Position numbers and translations under genes: made by a program. A stretch of 64,000 bases of DNA, taken from Eledone cirrhosa (Eukaryota). The notes beneath the pieces are model-generated. The model did not search any database. It was not told the DNA's origin and worked only from the letters and a program-made list of their open reading frames with translations. The DNA is taken from contig OZ024743.1 in assembly GCA_964016885.1 (NCBI GenBank), positions 65,782,001 to 65,846,000 of the forward strand. The letters run 5' to 3'. Shown here in pieces: positions 46,263-61,409 of this stretch. Position 1 is the first letter of the stretch. Every line of letters starts with the position of its first letter.

Positions 46263-46308
<46 letters not shown>

Positions 46309-46414
46309 GGGAAAATGTTTAACCCCGACGGCAGAGCTCATTTTCCTATTACCCACTCTACTACCCTAAGTATTGAGTACTCTGGTGCGTTATGGTCTTA
46401 CCACACTTCCTTCG

Positions 46415-46460
<46 letters not shown>

Positions 46461-46463
<3 letters not shown>

Positions 46464-47431
46464 ATATGTTGAAAAGGTAACACACTAGAGAGAGAGAGAT
46501 AGTGCGCCATCAATCAAACGGAAAAACAACCAGTGTATGGAATCTATAACCCATGGAAGGCAGAGTAGACACACGATAATTAAAAGTATAAATTAAAGTA
46601 TAAATACATACCTCGATAACTATCCAACACACACGTACAAATCCAAAGAGATCTGTTTCGCCAATAAGTTGTTGACAGAAATGAATAGCCCATGGTTCAT
46701 CAGCGTGTGTAAGGCTATACATTTCAGACAACTCTAAGAGAATCTAAACCGACCGTTTCATTGATGGCGTACTATTTCTCTCTCTAGTGTGTTACCTTTT
46801 CAACATATTGTATTATAAGGAGCTCGGGATTCCTTCTCCTTTGAGCATATTACTGACAGGGAATAGCGAGAGTCTATGGATCCGTTAATTTATCGTGATA
46901 TTTCGCTCCTTATAACAGTCTTTCCTCTCTCTCTGTTTGGTTGAGCACACTTCTCTGAATGGTTTGGGCTGCCCTTTCTAGCAGCTCGTCCCTCAGAGGC
47001 CACTGGTTACTGCCCTAGGCACGCTGTGTCTTCTCTCTCCCACGTGTGGCTGGACGGTCGCTTTAGATTCTCTTAGAGTTGTCTGAAATGTATAGCCGTA
47101 CACACGCTGATGAACCATGGGCTATTCATTTCTGTCAACAACTTATTGGCGAAACAGATCTCTTTAGATTTGTACGTGTGTGTTAGATAGTTATCGAGGT
47201 ATGTATTTACACTTTAATTTATACTTTTAATTATCGTGTGTCTACTCTGCCTTCCATGGGTTATAGATTCCATACACTGGTGGTTTTTTCCTGTTTCATT
47301 GATGGCGCACTATCTCTCTCTAGTGTGTTACCTTTTCAACGTATTGTATTATAAAGATCTCGGGATTCCTTCTCCTTTGAGCTCATTAATGACAGGGAAT
47401 AGCGAGAGTCTATGGCTCCGTTAATTTATCG
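46461..47431 (+). mobile_element. Retrozyme-like unit: 538-bp monomer with terminal redundancy plus inverted 3' copy; hammerheads at 47100-47181 (+) and 46629-46710 (-)
   Basis: Direct repeat 46755-46895 / 47293-47431; inverted repeat 46461-46756 / 47055-47345; ACACACG-CUGAUGA..GAAA-CAGAUCU..AGAUUUG-UA-CGUGUGU. Confidence 0.88.
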
Positions 47432-47541
47432 ATAAAATAAAGTACCAGTAATGCACTGGTTGATTGCTGGCCTTGTGCCAAAAGTAGAAACAATTATATA
47501 TATATATTTCATTATATATATATAATATATATATATATATA

Positions 47542-47888
47542 TTAATTTCATTTTAAATATAACTTCCTTGCTACCTTGTATATATTTATAATAGAAACCG
47601 AAAGGTGTGCCCTGTTTATAAAATAAAAGGCAGTGTTTCTTTTCTTAAATAGAGATTTAATTTTTGTAAAAATTACGTTGTTAGCTCGCTTGATATATAA
47701 TTGTTATATACATATAAATATATAACAATTATATATCAAGCGAGCTAACAACGTAATTTTTACATAAATTAAATCTCTATTAAAGAAAAGAAACACTGCC
47801 TTTTATTTTATAAACAGGGCACACCTTTCGGTTTCTATTATAAATATATACAAGGAAGAAAGGAAGTTATATTTAAAATGAAATTAAC
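47542..47888. repeat. Inverted repeat with about 170-bp arms and an 8-bp spacer
   Basis: Arms 47542-47710 and 47719-47888 with a few mismatches. Confidence 0.95.
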
Positions 47889-48099
47889 CATGTCTATGGC
47901 GCCAGTAATATTCCAAGCCATTCATATGCAGTATTTGTAGCCTATTAAAAACATAATTTAAATGGCAATCGGAAATAAAATGGAAAAAAAGACGAATTTA
48001 ATGTACATTTAATATCCATTAAAATTTACACTGGAAACATCACAAGGATCGAAATGGCACATCTGAGGGTGATAAATATATTGATTTTCAACATAAGTA

Positions 48100-48392
48100 G
48101 AAGGCCGTTACTTCTCCGAATTGAGAGGTCTCAGCTACGATACTACGAGAATGGGGTTAGAACGTTTCAGGAAAGAATCGCCGGACAGATTTTACGGGCA
48201 AAAACCAGCCGGCAGGTGTCCCAGGGGTAGACCCCGAGCAAGATGGTTGGATAACATCCATGAGCTTGGTTGGTCTCACCTGGGGATCCAGACGGATCAT
48301 TTGGAGATGGTAGCTTCTGAGAGGACCCGCTGGAAGGAGTGTTTGAGAACTCTGCTTCCACAGCCTCTCAGGAATAAGTGGGTGAAGAAGAA
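48100..48392 (+). pseudogene. 3' end of an RTE-like LINE; related copy at 52705-52942 (-)
   Basis: KPAGRCPRGRPRARWLDNI..ASERTRWKE, a typical RTE C-terminus; the two copies align. Confidence 0.8.
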
Positions 48393-49655
48393 AATTACTC
48401 GGTTGGCTTGTTATATTATGTAGATTAGCGCCCAATTTACTAATTGTTTTCCATGCAGCAGGTGGTCCCTGGTTCTTTTTTCCCAGTCATACTTCTGTAG
48501 AAATATATTGTGCCAACTCCCAAAATATCATCTTCCTCGTCGCCCTTCTTATTACAGACTCATCATGCTAACTGCTAGAATTTCGAATAGAATGTTTATC
48601 TTACTTTCAATATGGATTGAGCTATGATGGTTAAAACGGACAAACGAATTTAAATATAATTGAAGGGAGTTGGAAGAGCGAAATCAGTAGTGTTGGACTA
48701 AAATATTTTACTTTCGTGTTTTCGACTCTCTGGATTTAAATCTCGTAAATATCAACTTTGCCTTTCATCTTTTCGAAGTCGGTAAAATAAAGTACCAATC
48801 CATGTCTGAAGATTGACGTAATTATTACAGCGTCTGACGAGGTACCTTGCGATATTTGTCCCGGCACTATACGTGTTAAATTACTGAGTGGTAGATTTAA
48901 TATATAATCATCCGGTTTAACACTACCACTTGATCATTGGCTGCCTTTAGAGTTCACTCTGTGGCAAGAATAGGCGATGTTTACATGATGCGGATAATGA
49001 CCTCTTTCTCTCCCACTAACTTCAAATGCCCTACAAATATAAAGGGACATTGGCACTTCTCTCCACTCACTAATTAAACAGTAAAATACCAAGTGGCCCT
49101 CATTTTCTAATGATGTCATAGAGGCATCGTCATGTTACACGACGTGTCTTGGGCATTTAAAATCTGGCGAACCCCGTCTTTCTTTCCATGTCTGAACACA
49201 GCCGATTTCTTCTAGAGAAAGAAAGCGAAGAAGTTCACACCAGTAATTAACTGGTACTTTATTTATCGACCTCAAAAGGAATAATGCAAAGTTGACCTCG
49301 GTATAATTTTAAACTCAGAAAGCACAAAGAATCAATTTCGTGCGGCTAGAAAATCTAATTTTCCTGTCCCGGATAAATAAATTAGTTTCTGCGACTCCAT
49401 CTGCTCGCAGCAGTTCAAATGAAATTACCGTGCATAGAAATTAATGTCAGTAAACATTACGTAATTGACTCGAGTCATGTCTTCAGCGGGGATTAGCCTC
49501 CCTGGAACGGAGAGTTCCGATTAACGTATAATGGTGTCTTAATGATACAGACTTAATTAAATTATTGAGTGACAAAACGACCGGAGTTGTGTCAGTCCTA
49601 TGCGATAGCTTCTTTTCATTAATATATATACTGTAGACACACACACACACACACC

Positions 49656-49721
<66 letters not shown>

Positions 49722-50090
49722 TTTATCCCGAGTTCAATCGGGGGTAATCACAGTAAGTAAGGTACTCAATACAGAGCAGAGTATAAATATTTAATATAGA
49801 AATGGCTTCTTTCTCTCTTTGTATACAAAGCACATATATCAAACAAAAATATACATTTTAGATGGAAAAAATATAATTCCTAAAAGCGCTGTTTTATGAG
49901 TCAAAGTACCAGAACTTAAAATGAATCTAAGTAATCGATCATCGATAACCAGTTCTCTGGACGAACGTCCATAGAGTTTTTCTATCGAGAAGCACAAATT
50001 TCAGCCTACTAATTTAACCCTCACTTTTTAGTAATGTATTGAGTACCTTACTGTGTTTACCCTCGATTGAACCCGGGACTCACCTCCCCC

Positions 50091-50175
<85 letters not shown>

Positions 50176-50558
50176 TTATTGTTATACGTATCTATAATAA
50201 TATATTTGGGCTCTGTACTTAACATAAAGCACTCTTTTTCCATTATCCATTCTATTTAAACTTTTGACACTACACACGCACAAACACATGCACTCACATA
50301 CACACACACACATACACACACGCGCGCGCGCACGCATACACCATCCATATATATATATGTGTGAGTGTGTGTGTGAGAGAGAGAGTATATGTGTGTATGT
50401 GTGCGTTTGTCTAATTATAGATATAAATACGTATGTAATAGATATGTTTGAGAGAGAGAGAGAGTGAATGAGAGAGAGAGATGCAGAGTGATAAAGAGAG
50501 GGAGAAGGGGTAGGGACAGAGAGATAGAGAGAAAGAGAACGAGAAAGCGAAAGAGAAA

Positions 50559-50613
<55 letters not shown>

Positions 50614-50752
50614 GGAGAGAGAGAGAAAGAGAGAAAGATGGGGAAATGGTGAGAGGGAGAGAGACAAAGAGAAGGAGACAGAAAATACAAAATGAAATAA
50701 AAAACATAAAGAGATGGAAAGAGCGATGGAGAGAAAGCGAATGACAGAGAGA

Positions 50753-50800
<48 letters not shown>

Positions 50801-50815
50801 TAGAGAGAAAGAGAC

Positions 50816-50848
<33 letters not shown>

Positions 50849-50905
50849 TAGATAGAGAGAGAGGGAGAGAGAGAGAGAGAGAGAACGAGAAAGCGAAAGA
50901 AAAAG

Positions 50906-50939
<34 letters not shown>

Positions 50940-50946
50940 GGGGGAG

Positions 50947-51024
<78 letters not shown>

Positions 51025-51379
51025 GAGGGAGAGAGAGAAAGAGAACGAGATAGAGAGAGCGAAGGAGAGAGCTAGATAGAGAGAGAGAGAGGGCAGTAGC
51101 GGTGTAGAGCATGATTGAAGTAAAATATATAAATATAGTTTTTATTATAATTTAGTTAAAATGTTTCCCATCAGCAGCGAATCGTATTAAGATTAGTTAC
51201 ACGGCATTGTTCACGTGTCAGTATGACACAGATTCACAGAGAAGTTTATAGTTAAATTGTGAGATTCCTGTGTCAGTGTGACTGTGAGAAAACTCTTCTA
51301 AAGGTAGAACAATCAGATATATGTACTCAGACACATATATACAAACGTATATATATGTATTATTTAAATATAACTTTCC

Positions 51380-51417
<38 letters not shown>

Positions 51418-51537
51418 CATATATATATGTTTGTATATATGTGTCTGAGTACATATATATATATATGTATATGTGCGTATGTATGTATTCATGTATAAGT
51501 ATGTATGTATTCGTGTATAAGTATGTATGTATATATA

Positions 51538-51589
<52 letters not shown>

Positions 51590-51796
51590 TATATATACAT
51601 ACATACTTATACACGAATACATACATACTTATACATGAATACATACATACATACGCACACATCTATATACACATATACACATACATACAAACTTATATAG
51701 GAATATATACATACAAACACACACACACGCATATATACACATACACATACACATATACATACACACATATACACACGCACACATATATATACACAT

Positions 51797-52407
<611 letters not shown>

Positions 52408-52416
52408 ATAGATAGA

Positions 52417-52449
<33 letters not shown>

Positions 52450-52616
52450 TTGTGTATGTGTGTATGTATGGGTGTTTATTTAAACATATGAATGCATGAG
52501 TGTAAGTGCAAGATTGTTGGATAGCATCCATAAACTCGGTTGGTTCGTTTGAGGACGGTTACCTTTGATAGGACCCTCTGGAAAACTCTGCAATTTATGT
52601 ATTTTCCTTTAAATTG

Positions 52617-52649
<33 letters not shown>

Positions 52650-52995
52650 GAAACAAAAAAAACAATGATGAATATTCTTTATCTATTTCCCGCTCTAATT
52701 AGGTTCTTCTTCTTTGGCTACTTATTCCTCAGACAGTCATGTGGGCAGAATCCTCAAACACTTCTTCCAGCGGGTCCTATCAGAAGCAACCATCTCCAAC
52801 TGATCCGGTTAGATCCCCAAGCAAGACTCTCCAAACTCATGGAAGTTATCCAACCATCTTGCCCGAGGTTTACCCTTGGGTTTCCTGTCGGTTGGTTTTT
52901 GACTGTAACATCTGTCCAGCGATTCTTTCCTGAGACATTCTAATTAGGTTTTTTCATTAGAGAATATGTACATGAAACAATATATATTAAAATTA

Positions 52996-53142
52996 CCGGC
53001 GAATTGGTAGAGTCGTTAGAACGTCAGATAGAATGAGTTGCGGTATTCATTTCTGCTCTCTAAATTCAAATTCCGTCGAGGTCAACTTTGCCTTTCATAC
53101 ATTCAAGGTTGATAAAAAAGTACCAGTAAAGTACTGAGGTCG
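52996..53142 (+). mobile_element. Degenerate SINE family 1 (other fragments 34545-34705, 47428-47495, 48680-48800, 49240-49320)
   Basis: GAGGTCAACTTTGCCTTTCAT..GATAAAA..AGTACCAGT core. Confidence 0.75.
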
Positions 53143-53519
53143 GTCCTATCTCTATATCTCTTTCTCATTACCATCCTTTCACTCTCTCTTTCCTTATCTG
53201 GAAGAAATCTTCTGTGTTCAAACATCGGGAAGTATGGGCTCTGCCAGCTTAAAAACGGATGTCCTATCAATATGGTGTCCCTACGACTCCCTCGGGAGTT
53301 ACGGGACCATACCTGCATGCACCAATTAATTATATGGAGGGTCTACGGTGCGAAAGCCTCGTTGATAATGAATCAGAGCAGTTCGTGAAATATGATAAGA
53401 TATTAATGAGGTAAAGTGCCAACCACGACCTCTGAGATTTCACCTAGGGTTCTCTCCAAGCTCCTTCCCCGTACACACACATACACACACACATATATAT
53501 GTATATATATGTATATATG

Positions 53520-53614
<95 letters not shown>

Positions 53615-53881
53615 ATATATACATATATAAGCATATATATATGTATGTATATATATTTATATATATATATATATATATATTCGAATTTCTGATGACCCTG
53701 TGAGAAGCAGGTGAATCTCCAGAGTAAAGAGACTCATTATTGTATATATATATATGTATATTTATATATACATATATAGATATATATACATATATACATG
53801 TGTATGCGTGTACGTGTATATGTATACACGTGTAGAGACAGGGAGAGAGAGGTTGATATCGAAATAGTGAAAACGATTGAG

Positions 53882-53956
<75 letters not shown>

Positions 53957-54199
53957 ATTATAGGAAGTGATAGGCCATCTTCCATTTTGAAAAAAAAAAG
54001 CATCTCATTATATACAGAAATATATTCTCAACGGATGTCCATATTTGAGGACTAAATGCATAATTAACAATCCTTTTTATGTGGACATAATGACTGTCTA
54101 TCTATTCTATTTAGTGACATACATCTTTACACCCCTCCATATACACAAACACATACACACACAGACACACACAGACACACACACACACACACACACACC

Positions 54200-54375
<176 letters not shown>

Positions 54376-54400
54376 GTATATATATATATGTATATATATA

Positions 54401-54524
<124 letters not shown>

Positions 54525-55568
54525 GGTAAATCTACCAAAAATTTACGGCATTGTCCAATCCGTATGAAGAACTCAATGTAATCCGGATATCATGAAAAGA
54601 GAAGATGCATTCAAAAACTATTTTCGGTGAAAATTAACAGAAAACAGAGTCAAGATAAATTAATAAAGTAATGAATAATCAAAGAAACAGTTCTTTATAT
54701 TAAAAAAATTCATCATTTTACGATCGTTTCTAGGATATATATGTGTTAGTGTTGGTATGCATATTCTATAGATATATGTAAAATATTTATACAAACTATC
54801 AGAGGGAATATACATACCTACACATATATATGCTGTCTTCAGAAATAATGATATTTGTTTATTGAAAAAAAACAAAGATTCAAAACAACAGGTCTGTTTG
54901 GGAACAGGTTTTGAATTGACCAATAGAAAGATAGTGAAGGTCAAGATAGTAATATAGTAGTAAAAGAACCTTAATTTATGGGTAGAGGGAGGTAGATTAC
55001 AGTTTTGGATGGAAAAGAATATTATGAATGAAAGATTATTTTAAGGATGAAAATAGGTCGTATGCTGACCTCAGAAATAATTATATTTGTTCATTGAATA
55101 AAACCAACAAAGATTTAATATAGTCTGTCTGTTTGGTAACAGGTTTAGAATTAACCAATAGAAAGTTAATAATTGGCCAAATGGTAAAATAGTAGTAATT
55201 GAAGTTTATTTTAGGGGTAGAAGAAGGTAGATTTCAGTTTTGAATGGAGTGTGAAGAATGAGAAGGTTATTTTAGGGGTAAACATAGGTTAGGTCAGTAA
55301 AAGATATACGAACAGTTGCTGTTATAAAATAGTAATACCAATGCAAATATCCAAGAGGACTAAAATTTTACGATAAGAGTGTTAGTGAAAAAAATACATC
55401 CATGAAAAGAATATAAATTAATTTAATTGATGGGTATATTTATATTGATAAAATTATACTAATGCATATAGATATGATAAATAAGAGTTAGATGTGGTTG
55501 AAGAGTGCTGTTAAAGATGAGGGGAAATTAAAAGAATATAAAAATAATATATATATATATATATACAT

Positions 55569-55601
<33 letters not shown>

Positions 55602-57010
55602 CACATATATACCCATATGTACACACATACACATACATACACATACATATAATTATTTGGGGGGGGGGGAGTTAAATTTATTAGCGAGAAATAATAAATA
55701 TATAGAGATTTCAAGGAACATAGAGTCATAACCTGAAATTAAAGCATTATATATGTTTACTTAATGGTATCAGTTTTAGGAAATGATAGTTGTAAGAAGG
55801 AAAGTAAAATTATGCAGTTTATCAGTAGTAGAATATTAATTATAGGTTAACTAAATTAAAAACAGTTTATATATTAATTTCTAAAATGTATATTAATTAG
55901 GTTTATAATATTTAAAGGTTTTTCTCAGTTTATGATTACACGATATTATTAATTCCTGTCGCTTATTTAATAGGATATCCTTAGATTTCATTATTTCAAA
56001 AAGTTCTTGGGAACATAATCTACATTCATATCTATTATTTTGATAAGGGGTGGCCCTTTTGAGCACACTCCAGGTCAGGTCATAATCTATATTCCTCTTT
56101 CTATAATTATTAATTATTTCAGCTAGAGATGTTGTATTAGCTAGTGCGGCATTTTTAAAACTATGTTTGTGGGTATTAAATCTTACCTTAAATTTGTTAG
56201 AGTGCCTACAATGCATATAAATGTAAAAAAACCATGAGTATACCACCAGTACATCAAACTAACCATAATATCTCCTCGGATACAGGATTCACGAAAAGTT
56301 GTAACTGTAGAAACAAGGCAAACTGCCCATTAAAAGGAAATTGCCTTGTTAATAACATAGCATATAAATGTAAAGTTAACACTAAGGACTCAATTTATTC
56401 ATATATAGGAGCTACCTCTAACAAATTTAAGGTAAGATTTAATACCCACAAACATAGTTTTTAAAATGCCGCACTAGCTAATACAACATCTCTAGCTGAA
56501 ATAATTAATAATTATAGAAAGAGGAATATAGATTATGACCTGACCTGGAGTGTGCTCAAAAGGGCCACCCCTTATCAAAATAATAGATATGAATGTAGCT
56601 TATGTTCCCAAGAACTTTTTGAAATAATGAAATCTAAGGATATCCTATTAAATAAGCGACAGGAATTAATAATATCGTGTAATCATAAACTGAGAAAAAC
56701 CTTTAAATATTATAAACCTAATTAATATACAATTTAGAAATTAATATATAAACTGTTTTTAATTTAGTTAACCTATAATTAATATTCTACTACTGATAAA
56801 CTACATAATTTTACTTTCCTTCTTACAACTATCATTTCCTAAAACTGATACCATTAAGTAAACATACATTATGCTTTAATTTCAGGTTATGGCTCTATGT
56901 TCCTTGAAATCTCTATATATTTATTATTTCTCACTAATAAATTTAACCCCCCCCCCCAAATAATTATATGTATGTGTATGTATGCGTATGTGTGTACATA
57001 TGGGTATATA

Positions 57011-57051
<41 letters not shown>

Positions 57052-57977
57052 ATGTGTGTGTGTATGTATATGTATATATATATATATTATTTTTATATTC
57101 TTTTAATTTCCCCTCATCTTTAACAGCACTCTTCAACCACATCTAACTCTTATTTATCATATCTATATGCATTAGTATAATTTTATCAATATAAATATAC
57201 CCATCAATTAAATTAATTTATATTCTTTTCATGGATGTATTTTTTTCACTAACACTCTTATCGTAAAATTTTAGTTCCCTTGGATATTTGCATTGGCATT
57301 GCTATTTTATAACAGCAACTCTTCGTATATCTTTTACTGACCTGACCTATTTTTACCCCTAAAATAACCTTCTCATTCTTCACACTCCATTCAAAACTGA
57401 AATCTACCTTCTTCTACCCCTAAAATAAACTTCAATTACTACTATTTTACCATTTGGCCAATTATTAACTTTCTATTGGTTAATTCTAAACCTGTTACCA
57501 AACAGACAGACTATATTAAATCTTTGTTGGTTTTATTCAATGAACAAATATAATTATTTCTGAGGTCAGCATACGACCTATTTTCATCCTTAAAATAATC
57601 TTTCATTCATAATATTATTTTCCATCCAAAACTGTAATCTACCTTCCTCTACCCATAAATTAAGGTTCTTTTACTACTATATTACTATCTTGACCTTCAC
57701 TATCTTTCTATTGGTCAATTCAAAACCTGTTCCCAAACAGACCTATTTTATTGAATCTTTGTTTTTTTCAATAAACAAATATCATTATTTCTGAAGACAG
57801 CATATATATGTGTAGGTATGTATATTCCCTCTGATAGTTTGTATAAATATTTTACATATATCTATAGAATATGCATACCAACACTAACACATATATATCC
57901 TAGAAACGATCGTAAAATGATGAATTTTTTAATATAAGGAACTGTTTCTTTGTTTATTCATTACTTTATTAATTTAT
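54525..57977. mobile_element. Giant fold-back Naiad-like PLE remnant: about 1.55-kb inverted arms (54655-56202 / 56416-57977) carrying GIY-YIG and 3' UTR
   Basis: CNCRNKANCPLKGNCLVNNIAY..SYIGATSNKFKVRFNTHKHSF..CRLCSQE..LNKRQELIISCNH, with the C-terminal part encoded on both arms; the terminus is shared with 40030-40172. Confidence 0.93.
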
Positions 57978-57992
57978 ATATATATGTATATA

Positions 57993-58995
57993 TCATAATC
58001 TATAAAGCTCAGTGTGTGGTCATGCTCCTTCGTTATAGAAATCTACGATATAGAATTTCTTCAATTGAAATTTACAATTCATCATTCGAAATAGTTTCGA
58101 TTGCGTCTTGACGCAGATAATTTTTTCAATTTCACCCACAATTACGCAAAAAATAGATAAAACTCAATATTTTACGATTTTTCTCTCTCATTTAAACTGC
58201 TGAACTCTTTCTTCTACCATTCAAAATCTATACAACTTCATACTTCCTGCTACTTTCTCTTTCCAAGCTTGATGGTGATACTGTCCGTTCACACCACTCC
58301 CTACTGTCTTAAATTTAGAAAACACATATCCTCTATGAGGTTACTAAACCTGCTAGAAACAGCAGCTACCTCTCCCCCATATCACACCCCTCCCCACACC
58401 ACTCACTACTGTCTTAAATTGTGAAAACACATATCCTCTATGAGGTTACTAAACCTGCTAGAAACAGCAGCTAAATCTCCCCCATATCACACCCCTCCCT
58501 ACTGTCTTAAATTTAGAAAACATATCTCTCTATGAGGTCACTAAACCTGTTAGAAACAGCAGCTAACTCTCCCCCGTATCACACCACTCCCTACTGTCTT
58601 AAATTTAGAAAACACATATCCTCTATGAGGTCACTAAACCTGCTAGAAACAACAGCTAACTCTCCCTCATATCACAACCCTCCCTACTGTCTTATATTTA
58701 GAAAACACACAGACAACCATGCAGAACAACCCAATCGCAGCTCTGTTGTTCGGCTGGCATCGTCTACGCGCGTGTTGCGCAAGTACTGTGAAACAATAAA
58801 TTTCAATACTTTTTTGCACAGAGATAATATCCATAGGCGAAACTACAACTGTCACTGCTGGCGCAGCTCATGCTCCCAGGTCTGCAATTCATTCATCCAG
58901 TGCCTGGCAGACAAAAAAGTGCTGCCATAAAATTGGTGGTGCAACCTAACTTTGGTAATTTAATGACCCCGAGCAACGCCGGGCTTTAATGCTAG
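57993..58995 (+). mobile_element. Non-autonomous Helitron-like element with internal tandem repeats of about 90 bp (58290-58710)
   Basis: 5' TC after A; 3' GC-rich hairpin CCCGAGCAACGCCGGG (58968-58983), then CTAG followed by T; lies in (AT)n. Confidence 0.8.
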
Positions 58996-59008
58996 TATAT
59001 ATATATAC

Positions 59009-59186
<178 letters not shown>

Positions 59187-59199
59187 ATATATATATATG

Positions 59200-60470
<1,271 letters not shown>

Positions 60471-60515
60471 ATATATATATATATATATACAGATATATAT
60501 ATATGTGTATCTATA

Positions 60516-60595
<80 letters not shown>

Positions 60596-60801
60596 CAAAC
60601 ACCAGGTGCCCCATAAACAAGTCTTTGACATTTTCTTCATTGCTCTCAAACACGATATATATACACATACATGTATACGTATATACATTCACACACATAC
60701 ACACACACACACAAATATATATACATATATATACACATATATATATACATAAAGATATATATGTATGCATGTGTATATATATATATGTGTGTGTATGCAT
60801 G

Positions 60802-60840
<39 letters not shown>

Positions 60841-60899
60841 ATGCATATATATATACATATATATACATAATATATATATTCATTATACTAAAGCTAAAT

Positions 60900-61075
60900 A
60901 ATTGTTTCTACTTTAGGCACAAGGCCAGCAATTACCCAGTGCATTACTGGTACTTTATTTTATCGACCCTGTAAGGATGAAAGGCAAAGTCAACCTCGGC
61001 GGGATTTGAACTCAGATCATAAAGGGACGTAACTATGCTGGAAAGCATGGCGTCCGACCCTCTACCGATACTGCC
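60900..61075 (-). mobile_element. SINE family 1
   Basis: Consensus match on the minus strand. Confidence 0.9.
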
Positions 61076-61179
61076 CAGTGAGAAGCAGGCAAAACTCCAG
61101 AGTAGACTATTTAGTCTTAATAAAATGAATACTTAAAATCTACTTCGGTATTGAGTACTCTTTTCTCTCGGCTGTCAAT

Positions 61180-61308
<129 letters not shown>

Positions 61309-61409
61309 AGCCAACCTCAGTCTCCTCTGTGTCACTTTTGAGCTGACTTTTGGGATGCTCCCATACAGCTCTGAGTTTTTCATATATGTTTTCATATATG
61401 TTTTCATAT

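Noticed and set aside
48830-48870. CTGACGA as a hammerhead core
   Set aside because: No GAAA, stem III or stem I partner in register.
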